Below are positions 13,141 through 24,800 of a stretch of DNA of 64,000 nucleotides, in pieces (the stretch's first letter is position 1; the number at the start of each line of letters is the position of its first letter). The stretch is from the NCBI GenBank assembly GCA_964016885.1, contig OZ024743.1, forward strand, positions 354,330,001-354,394,000, read 5' to 3'. Under the pieces are notes generated by a model, which saw only the letters and a list, made by a program, of their open reading frames with translations, did no database searches and was not told where the DNA came from. Source of the stretch: Eledone cirrhosa (taxonomy: Eukaryota). Made by a program: the position numbers and the translations under genes.

Positions 13141-13289
13141 TGTGTATAATTACAAATAAAATATCCTTTTATCTATTTAGCTTTTGAACTTTTATACTCT
13201 TAGATTTTTATTATGCTATATCATCATCATTTTATTATACATCATTTCACTATTTTATAACTCAGCTGAACGACATACTCATTAAAGTG

Positions 13290-13550
13290 CTGTACAACTG
13301 GCTGTCATCTGCAGACAAGTATCACCTTAAAGCAATTTCTGGACAGAATCAGTGTGAAACAGTTCCTATCATTGAATCCATCCAACGTGCTTCTACACAG
13401 GTTTGATCAACCTACTTTTTTTTTTTATCAAAAACATCAATCAATCCAAATACTACAATAAAAGACACTTACTTGCTCAAGATGCTAAGCAATGGAGTCG
13501 AAGAATTTACCTAATGGTTGCAAAACCGACCTCTTAGTCACCATTACACA
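13290..13550 (-). mobile_element. Old CORE-like SINE relic
   Basis: Minus-strand cttgagcaagtaagtgtctt core, preceded by a degenerate tRNA-like head. Resembles the SINEs at about 47 kb. Confidence 0.4.
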
Positions 13551-13616
13551 TGCACACACACATACATACACACACACACACATATACAGAATGGCACACA
13601 CACACCCACCCACCCC

Positions 13617-13669
<53 letters not shown>

Positions 13670-13882
13670 GAATAATAAGGGTTTGTGTAATTACATACAA
13701 TAAATGTATGTATGTAATTACATAAACCTATCTTAACGTTTATCCATATAACGATACGCCATCATGTTATACGTGATCCCATATCACTATTGAATACATA
13801 CAACCGACGTGGTGTGCTTAAGGCGGCTTACACTATATTTCTTGGATTGAGATGTTGAAAAGGCAGCACTCCCTAATAAACA

Positions 13883-13918
<36 letters not shown>

Positions 13919-14345
13919 AGTTAACACTTTCTCTCGACTGACCTCTTCCTCGCACTTCCACTCACTCACTCTCTGTTTCTACCCTTCTTACTTCCTCCCG
14001 TTCGCTAGGAGTCAGATTTTCCTTCTTTCTCACATCTCACTCACAGCGAAAGGTCTGTTTCCTACACGCTCATGAATTCACCCAGTTTATACTGATCGAA
14101 TATCCATGTTGCTTGTTTTTCTTCCCATCTTCGGTTAGCCTTCCCTTCGTGTTGTTTACTTGTCTCACTCGCTTTACGCGTTTCACTTGTCCCAATAACT
14201 TATTTTAGTTATTGCTCGCACCAACGTGAGGTATATGATTTTTAATGCGATGAAATACCAATGATCGTTGGCAAATCACTGATGAGGGACTAATTTTATA
14301 ATATGTAATCCATGTGCAACCATGCAGTATTCTTCTCCCCATATT

Positions 14346-14413
<68 letters not shown>

Positions 14414-14512
14414 GGCGGAAAAAATCCGGGAGGTTATATCCGTAGTAGATAGAGCGCACCCAGTCTAGAGAACGAGTTCGGTATAGAATTAGTTTCACAA
14501 CAAATTGTATGT

Positions 14513-14588
14513 CTGTGGTGAGAACGGAAGCGTATATGAGCTGACGCAGAATCCAGTCAGCTCTCATGAACTTCCGTTCTGACCGCAG
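14513..14588. other. 76-nt imperfect hairpin
   Basis: ctgtggtgagaacggaag...gagctgac [gcagaatcca] gtcagctc...cttccgttctgaccgcag; arms of about 33 nt and a 10-nt loop. Confidence 0.75.
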
Positions 14589-14678
14589 CCGTATACGTGT
14601 TGAAAATCCTCTCGGAGAGACGTGCATCCTCGAGTATGGTTTGCTTATTTGTTGTGGAACTAACTGCCTTTCTTTCTG

Positions 14679-14751
<73 letters not shown>

Positions 14752-15321
14752 CCCTCTCTCTCTCTCGCTCCCTCTCTCTCTCTCACACACACAACCCCCC
14801 CCCCCACATATATATATATATATAACCATACATAGACTGGAATGCGCAGTTTACAGACACACACACACACATAGGTTTACAGCACAAATTCACAAACTCA
14901 GAGGAACATTTGTAGATTCATAGCTATACTCAAAAATAAATACGCAAACACGGATACACACTCACACGGGAATACGTACATACACATGTGTATCTACGTG
15001 TGTGTGTGTGTGTGTGTATTTTATATACATAGGCAAACACATACACAAAGAGAAGTAGAGTGGCAAAGATAGAAAGAGAAACACAAAGAGTGTGTATGAG
15101 AGAGAAAACCCCAATGAACCATCATCATCAACATTCACAGATTTACTTCTAACTAGACTTTTCGTCCAGAGTTGTCGACATTAGAGCTCTCTGACGGTAT
15201 GAGGTGCAGCAAATCGAAAAATACTTACAATTCCACCAGGGAATACTCGTGCCGTCAGTATAGAAGCTGGTGTTGGTTGATTATTTCACAGAAGTATGTT
15301 TTACTATATATATATATATAT

Positions 15322-15412
<91 letters not shown>

Positions 15413-15835
15413 CAAAACATATTATGCATGAAGAAAAACCTAAAAATTGAACAAGAAAATAATGTAAAATGTTATGAGAAAGCCAAATAAAATCCCTATC
15501 AGATCTTGAACTGTTAACTACGTTTGATGTATAAGTGCGCATGCGTGTACCAGCATATGAACGTAATACTACGTCTATGTATGTATCTATTTTGTCTGAA
15601 TACAGTCCAAATACTTGTTGTGTAGTGATGAATAATATATCTTAAAACTGTTCATGTTGGAAAAAGTGTGGCTGTTTTTTTTCTGTCTATATTGTGTGTA
15701 TGAATTTTTTGAAAGCTGTTTTGTTCTGTTCGATAACTTGATTGAAGTAAAGAGGTTTTATGAATTTATCAAGCTCGAGTTTCATCTTTCAATTTGTCAT
15801 TCATCCTACACTTTTATTACCCATATTGCAGCAAT

Positions 15836-15885
<50 letters not shown>

Positions 15886-16895
15886 AAGCAAAGACCGAGA
15901 AAACTGGGCGCCTGGCACACTGAGTGTGCCCAGGCGCTCACCGCCCTCTGGCAGGCGGATCCGGTTATCAGTGGAGACTCCACCGCAACATTCTATAGAG
16001 GGCTGGTACGCAGCAGGTGCGACGACGCCCTCGGAGAAGCCCTAGACATGGAGGAGGACGAACTGGCCAGCCTGTTCGGTAGGACATTCAGCCCGGGACC
16101 TATGGACAACTTCCAGAAGTCCCTGGCCTGGCAGTGCTACCGAGGGGCTTTACCCGTTCGAGAAAGGCTCTACAGACACGGGCGCCCGGGTAGGGACCCC
16201 GCCAAAAAGATCTGTCCCAGATGCGTGTGCGACGAGGAAACCGTTGCACACGCATTAGTACACTGCTCGGGCGTAGCCGATCTGTGGGGCTATGTCGAAC
16301 AACTGCTGTCAAGGGTGGGACCGATCCGACGATTGACCACCGAGTCTATTGTAATGATCAAGCCGCCTCCCCCCTTCAAAGATGAAGCAGAGGCGGTGTT
16401 TCTGTGCGTAATAGCCATGGCGAAAGAGGTTGTATGGTGGACGCGTCTGAAAGGACTGAGGTCGGGCACCTTTCTCTCTGGCCAACAACTGGTCCGTTTC
16501 TTCCGATATCATTTCGGAAGAAGGATCAGGATGGAGAGAGAGGTGCTGCACCCCAGCCGTTTCTATGAAAGATGGGTGAAAGTGGCGAGAATGGCCCGTG
16601 TGAATGGGCCTTCACTCTACATCAGACTATAGGTGAGGAAGATGAAAGACCAAGGGAGCACCCCTTCTCTGTGCTCCTGAGGAGAAGGGTTGCACACTTT
16701 TTTCGGGGGTGTGTGCGACCCCCCAAGGCGCCTCCTCTCTATTGAGGATTTTGTTAAAAATTTTATTTTTTGTTATATCTTATTTTATTTTTATATTTTG
16801 TTATTGCCTTCTCCTTATTGAGGACGCCTTTTTGTGTAAACTCCCCCCTTTGTACTTGTCCCACTTTTGATGCCCTAGTGGCAAATAAAAGAAAT
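15886..16895 (+). mobile_element. 5'-truncated L1/Tx1-clade LINE (ORF2 C-terminal zf-RVT region plus 3' UTR)
   Basis: Frame open to the stop at 16632 with AWQCYRGALPVRERL...CPRCVCDEETVAHALVHC (zf-RVT CCHC knuckle). T-rich 3' UTR, AATAAA at 16884-16889, and (TATC)n on both flanks. Confidence 0.85.
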
Positions 16896-16896
16896 A

Positions 16897-16929
<33 letters not shown>

Positions 16930-16934
16930 GTATG

Positions 16935-17012
<78 letters not shown>

Positions 17013-17086
17013 CAGAACAAGCAAAATTCAACCAATTTTTTAAAATAAATTAAAAAATATAATTTAAATATTTACCTATTCTTTTG

Positions 17087-17168
17087 GCCCTTACCGATCG
17101 GTTTCGCTTTGTAAAACACCAGAAATCCAATGGATTTCTAATGGGAAATCAAAGTTCATCAGAGAAGC
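17087..17168 (-). ncRNA. Second (inverted) copy of the same hammerhead
   Basis: Reverse complement of 17590-17671, lying in the left arm of the inverted repeat. Confidence 0.7.
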
Positions 17169-17589
17169 ATTTTCCTTTCCTAGGGCTAAAGACCCAGGAA
17201 CGATAAAATATATTGTTATCCGCCAGCAAGCACGGTTCTAAAAGGTCGAAAAATGACCCGTACGTGAACTGCCCGAGGTGAAAGCGGGAAAACCATAGAC
17301 GTGTTGTCTATCTCGTTAAATCATAGACAACCTATATATTTCTAGGGGTACTTAGTACCCATGGGCATATTAACTTCTTTTATCCACCTCCGTTATGTTG
17401 AGAACAAATCTGTTGTTTCTATTTAGCTGCTATTTTTAGTAACGAGATAGACAACACGTCTATGATTTTCCCCCTTTCACCTCGGGCAGTTCACGTACGG
17501 GTCATTTTTCGACCTTTTAGAACCGTGCTTGCTGGCGGATAACAATATATTTTATCGTTCCTGGGTCTTTAGCCCTAGGAAAGGAAAAT

Positions 17590-17671
17590 GCTTCTCTGAT
17601 GAACTTTGATTTTCCATTAGAAATCCATTGGATTTCTGGTGTTTTACAAAGCGAAACCGATCGGTAAGGGC
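17590..17671 (+). ncRNA. Type I hammerhead ribozyme with extended stem II
   Basis: gcttct CTGATGA a ctttg...cattagaaatcc att ggatttctggtg...caaag c GAAAC cgatcg GTA aggg. Stem III is palindromic (ACCGATCGGT). Predicted cleavage after 17666. A10.1-C11.1 is a mismatch and stem I is weak. Confidence 0.7.
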
Positions 17672-17857
17672 CAAAAGAATAGGTAAATATTTAAATTATA
17701 TTTTTTAATTTATTTTAAAAAATTGGTTGAATTTTGCTTGTTCTGCTTATCTTAATATTATAGTTCTGGTATGTCAAATTAATACCATAGAACAACCTTA
17801 AATCATAGACAACCTATATATTTCTAGGGGTACTTAGTATCCTTGGGCATATTAACT

Positions 17858-17889
<32 letters not shown>

Positions 17890-17890
<1 letters not shown>

Positions 17891-18067
17891 ACGAAAGAAA
17901 TGTGGTAAGGAACCAGGTGGACCATAACGCACCAAAGTACTCAATACTTAGGGTAGTAGAGGGGTAATAGGAACGAGTAGGACCGACCCCGACGGCTGAG
18001 CTCAAGCCGTTTCGACGGTTAATTAGCCGTCGAAATGGCTTGAGCTCAGCCGTCGGGGTCCTACTCG

Positions 18068-18135
<68 letters not shown>

Positions 18136-18320
18136 CCCGACGGCAGAGCTCAAGCCGTTTCGACGGCTATTTCTGGACTGAGTCCAGAAATAGCCGTCGA
18201 AACGGCTAGAGCTCTGTCGTCGGGGTCATACTTTTTACTATTTCCCACTCTACTACCCTAAGTATTGATTACTCTGGTGCGTTATGATCCATCTGGTTCC
18301 TTACCACAATTCCTTTGTTA
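17890..18320. repeat. Nested fold-back: outer inverted arms plus two related ~100-bp palindromes separated by (TA)n
   Basis: Palindrome 1 at 17971-18070 is centred on taatta. Palindrome 2 at 18133-18228 is centred on ctgag. Outer arms are about 17890-17985 and 18225-18320. Confidence 0.85.
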
Positions 18321-18324
18321 TATA

Positions 18325-18407
<83 letters not shown>

Positions 18408-19629
18408 TATTTATTTACGCACAAATCTGTTTAGTGATCTGTCCATGATATATCCATCTATCAACTTATATTTATATATAAATATACTTCGGCATATATC
18501 ACTGGATCAGTCAGTTACATTCCGTCTCTCAATATGCATATATACATTCATAGATACATACATATCTATGTAATCACACACATACACACACAATCACAAA
18601 TACATACATACATACATACATACATACATACATACATACATACATACATACATACATACATACATACATACATACATACATTGCATACATACATACATAG
18701 GAAATTACAAGTACAATCCATTAATGGAACAGTAAAAATATGTAAAACATTCCCAAAATTTTGTATCTAATAACTGCATATACACATGTACAGATGCAAT
18801 GCATATACACATGCACACATACAATAACATCCATATCTACACATGCATACATACATATCTACCTAGTTGATGTTGTATAAATTCCAAGGAGAGAGTCTTG
18901 TGTCTATGTTAGAAACATTTGTGAAATTATAAAACCAGAAGAACATACATACATACATACATACAACTATATATATTATTGAGCGATCAAATCCTAATGG
19001 AATCATAGAGGCACTGTCGTGAAATACGACATGTCTTAGTCACTTTATAACATGTTGGATCCCATCCCTCCCAAAGTATAACTGAGTCGATTCTTCCGGG
19101 GAGAAAGAGAGAGAGAGAATAAGAGAAAGATAGGGGTCGAAACTGCCAAAGTTCACGTCAACAGCCGATGATCCTGGGGTTCTGTGTCCTTCGTTTGTAT
19201 TCTTATTTAAATAAAAATGTTTAAGGTTCCCCCTTAACAAATTGCTTTTCGTTCGTTGTCTTGTCCTCTCTTTCGTAATTTTCTTAATTATATAATAATA
19301 AGGATAATAATATATTACTGCATATTGGCATAAAAATTCTTTCCAAGTACCGTGATGAAATAAATGCAAATATTGGAAATAGTTTAATCCGAAACTTTCA
19401 GCACATCTTCGTACATGCTAAAGGCCTGTCTGCTTGAGCGATCCTTTTTAACGGAGTTCGCTCACCTCGAGCTATTACTACTACCTTCCTTGCGTTAGTT
19501 TCGATGACCCTGAAAAGTGTTATGGGAATTGAGCTTTCATCCTTTGACTAAGCCAGGGTTATTATTATTATTATTAAAAACATCACTGTTGGCGGCAACT
19601 ACAGATACTAGGGTATCACATGTTCAAAA

Positions 19630-19812
19630 TGGCAGTATCGGTAGAGCGTCAGACACCATGCTTTGCAGAATGGAGTTACGGCCCTTTACATTCTGAGTTC
19701 AAATCCCGCCGAAGTTAACTTTGCCTTTCATCATTACGGGGTCGATAGAATAAAGTACCAGTAATGTACTGGGATAATTGCTGGCCTTGTGCCAAAAGTA
19801 GAAACAATTATT
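19630..19812 (+). mobile_element. tRNA-derived SINE with Meta-domain-like central region
   Basis: A-box-like tggcagtatcggtag, B-box gagttcaaatcc, then gcctttcatc...ggggtcgata...agtaccagt and tail ggccttgtgccaaaagtagaaacaatta. Three more copies occur in the window. Confidence 0.8.
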
Positions 19813-21825
19813 ACAAGAATCACCGCTACCATTACCACAACTAGCACCAGCACCAGCATCAGCATCATCCCCACCACCAACAACCAACACCACCACCAAC
19901 ACCACCACCACTACCAACACCACCAACACGACCATCACCACCAAGACGACCAAACCCACCGCCAACACCAACACCAACACCAAAACCAGCACCAACACCA
20001 TCACAGCACCATAACCACCAGCACCACCAGCACCACGACCACCAACACAACCAACACAACCGCCAACACCAACACCAACACCAGCACCAGCTCCAACACT
20101 ATCACAGCACCCTAACCACCAGCACCACCGGCACCATCACCACCAACACAACCAACAACACCGCCAACACCAACACCAACACCAGCACCAGCATCAACAC
20201 CATCACAGCACCATAACCACTAGCACCACCAGCACCACCACCACCACCACCAACACAACCAACAACACCGCCAACACCAACACCAACACCAGCACCAGCA
20301 CCAGAACCATCACAGCACCCAACCACCATAACAATCACCACCACCACTACCGTCACCACCACCGCCAACACCAACACCAGCACCATCACCGGCACAACAC
20401 CCGACCACCATAAACACCACCACCACCAACACTACCAAGACCACCGCCAAAACCAACACCAGCACCACCAGCACCAGCACCAGCACAACACCCAACCACC
20501 ATAACCACCACCACCACCACCAACACTACCAACAACACCGCCAACACGAACACCAGCACCACCACCACCACCAGCACAGCACCCAACCACCATAACCACC
20601 ACCACCACCAACACTACCAACACCACCGCCAACACCACCGCCAACACCAGCACCAGCACCAGCACCAGCACAGCACCCAACCACCATAACCACCCCCACC
20701 ACCAACACTACCAACACCACCGCCAACACCAACACCAGCACCACCACCACCACCAGCACAGCACCCAACCACCATAACCACCACCACCACCAACACTACC
20801 AACACCACCGCCAACACCAACACCAGCACCAGCACCAGCACAGCACCAAACCACCATAACCACCACCACCACCAACACTACCAACACCACCGCCACCACC
20901 AGCACCAGCACAGCACCAAACCACCATAACCACCAACACCACCACCACCAACACTACCAACACCACCGCCAACACCAGCACCAGCACCAGCACCAGCACA
21001 GCACCCAACCACCATAACCACCCCACCACCAACACTACCAACACCACCGCCAACACCAACACCAGCACCAGCACAGCACCAAACCACCATAACCACCACC
21101 ACCACCACCACCACCAACACTACCAACACCACCGCCAACACCAACACCTGCACCACCACCACCACCAGCACAGCACCCAACCACCACCACCACCAACACT
21201 ACCAACACCACCGCCAACACCAACACCAGCACCAGCACCAGCACAGCACCAAACCACCATAACCACCCCCACCACCAACACTACCAACACCACCGCCAAC
21301 ACCAACACCAGCACCACCACCAGCACCAGCACAGCACCAAACCACCATAACCACCACCACCACCAACACTACCAACACAACCGCCAACACCAACACCAGC
21401 ACCAAACCACCATAACCACCACCACCACCAACACCACCACCAACACCACCGCCAACACCACCGCCACACCGCCGCCGCCACCACCACCACCACTGCCGCC
21501 GCCGCTGCCACCACCATCACCACTATCGCCGCCGCCACCACCAACATCACCACCACGATTAACAGCAACAAATACACCGAAAATATCAATATGTTCTTTG
21601 TATGCTATCTACCACATCCCCATCGCCATGCCATCGATACTACCTTAATTATTATAACACCACTACCTACATAGTCACCATCAATACCACCAACAACATG
21701 GCAGACACCACAATCACTAATACCACCACAACCACCACCACGACCAATACCAGCACCCCCAACACCAACACCATCGCGTTCAACATCACCACCAGAATCA
21801 CCGACACAAACGTCGCATGACCAAT
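19813..21825. repeat. Degenerate (ACC/AAC/AGC)n tract containing an irregular ~70-95-bp repeat (about 20400-21400)
   Basis: Recurrent anchors cacagcaccmaaccaccataacc and accaacactaccaacaccaccgccaacacc with variable triplet counts between them. Confidence 0.85.
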
Positions 21826-24800
21826 ACCACCAAGAACACTACCACGACAACTACTACCACCAAGAACACTACCACGACAACTACTACCACCATCAACACT
21901 ACCACGACAACTACTACCACCAAGAACACTACCACGACAACTACTACCACCAACAACACTACCACGACAACTACTACCACCAAGAACACTACCACGACAA
22001 CCACTACCACCAAGAACACTACCACGACAACTACTACCACCAAGAACACTACCACCAAGAACACTACCACGACAACTACTACCACCAAGAACACTACCAC
22101 GACAACTACTACCACCAAGAACACTACCACGACAACTACTACCACCAAGAACACTACCACGACAACTACTACCATCAAAAACACTACCACGACAACTACT
22201 ACCACCAAGAACACTACCACGACAACTACTACCACCAAGAACACTACCACGACATCTACTACCACCAAGAACACTACCACGACAACTACTACCACCAAGA
22301 ACACCACCACGACAACTACTACCACCAAGAACACCACCACGACAACTACTACCACCAAGAACACCACCACGACAACTACTACCACCAAGAACACTACCAC
22401 GACAACTACTACCACCAAGAATACTACCACGACAACTACTACCACCAAGAACACTACCACGACAACTACTACCACCAAGACCACTACCACGACAACTACT
22501 ACCACCAAGAACACTAACACGACAACTACTACCACCAAGAACACTAACACGACAACTACTACCACCAAGAACACAACCACGACAACTACTACCACCAAGA
22601 ACACTACCACGACAACTACTACCACCAAGAACACTACCACGACAACTACTACCACCAACAACACTAACACGACAACTACTACCACCAAGAACACCACCAC
22701 GACAACTACTACCACCAAGAACACTACCACGACAACTACTACCACCAAGAATACTACCACGACAACTACTACCACCAAGAACACTACCACGACAACTACT
22801 ACCACCAAGACCACTACCACGACAACTACTACCACCAAGAACACTAACACGACAACTACTACCACCAAGAACACTAACACGACAACTACTACCACCAAGA
22901 ACACAACCACGACAACTACTACCACCAAGAACACTACCACGACAACTACTACCACCAAGAACACCACCATGACAACTACTACCACCAAGAACACTACCAC
23001 GACAACTACTACCACCAAGAACACTACCACGACAACTACTACCACCAAGAACACTACCACGACAACTACTACCACCAAGAATACTACCACAACTACTACC
23101 ACCAAGAACACTACCACGACAACTACTACCACCAAGAACACTACCACGACAACTACTACCACCAAGAACACTACCACGACAACTACTACCACCAAGAACA
23201 CTACCACGGCAACTACTACCACCAAGAACACTACCACGTCAACTATTACCACCAAGAACACTACCACGGCAACTACTACCACCAAGAACACTACCACGAC
23301 AACTACTACCACTAAGAACACTACCATGACAACTACTACCACCAAGAACACTACCACAACAACTACTACCACCAAGAACACCACCACGACAACTACTACC
23401 ACCAAGAACACTACCACGACAACTACTACCACCAAGAACACTACCACGACAACTACTACCACCAACAACACTACCACGACAACTACTACCACCAAGAACA
23501 CTACCACGACAACTACTACCACCAAGAACACTACCACGACAACTACTACCACCAAGAACACTACCACGACAACTACTACCACCAAGAACACTACCACGAC
23601 AACTACTACCACCAACAACACTACCACGACAACTACTGCCACCAAGAACACTACCACGACAACTACTACCACCAAGAACACTACCACGGCAACTACTACC
23701 ACCAAGAACACTACCACGACAACTACTACCACCAAGAACACTACCACGACAACTACTACCACCAAGAACACTACCACGATAACTACGACCACCAACAACA
23801 CTACCACGACAACTACTACCACCAAGAACACTACCACGACAACTACTACCACCAAGAACACTACCACGACAACTACTACCACCAAGAACACTACCATGAC
23901 AACTACTACCACCAAGAACACTACCACGGCAACTACTACCACCAAGAACACTACCACGACAACTACTACCACCAAGAACACTACCATGACAACTACTACC
24001 ACCAAGAACACTACCATGACAACTACTACCACCAAGAACACTACCACGACAACTACTACCACCAGCAACACTACCACGACAACTACTACCACCAAGAACA
24101 CTACCACGACAACTTCTACCACCAAGAACACTACCACGGCAACTACTACCATCAAGAACACTACCATGACAACTACTACCACCAAGAACACTACCACGAC
24201 AACTACTACCACCAAGAACACTACCACGACAACTACTACCACCAACAACACTACCATGACAACTACTACCACCAAGAACACTACCACGACAACTACTACC
24301 ACCAAGAACACTACCACGACAACTACTACCACCAAGAACACTACCACGACAACTACTACCACCAAGAACACTACCACGACAACTACTACCACCAAGAACA
24401 CTACCACGACAACTACTACCACCAAGAACACTACCACGGCAACTACTACCACCAAGAACACTACCACGGCAACTACTACCACCAAGAACACTACCACGAC
24501 AACTACTACCACCAAGAACCCTACCATGACAACTACTACCACCAACAACACTACCACGACAACTACTACCACCAAGAACACTACCACGACAACTACTACC
24601 ACCAAGAACACTACCACGGCAACTACTACCACCAAGAACACTACCACGACAACTACTACCACCAAGAACACTACCACGACAACTACTACCACCAACAACA
24701 CTACCACGACAACTACTACCACCAAGAACACTACCACGGCAACTACTACCACCAAGAACACTACCACGGCAACTACTACCACCAAGAACACTACCACGAC

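Larger units (their letters stand above)
17008..17865. mobile_element. Non-coding hammerhead-bearing element (retrozyme or mini-Penelope-like): 482-bp unit with terminal redundancy and an inverted 5' segment
   Basis: Inverted arms 17008-17318 and 17440-17750 are near identical. Direct repeat 17316-17383 = 17798-17865 (offset 482). Both ends sit in (TA)n. Confidence 0.8.
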
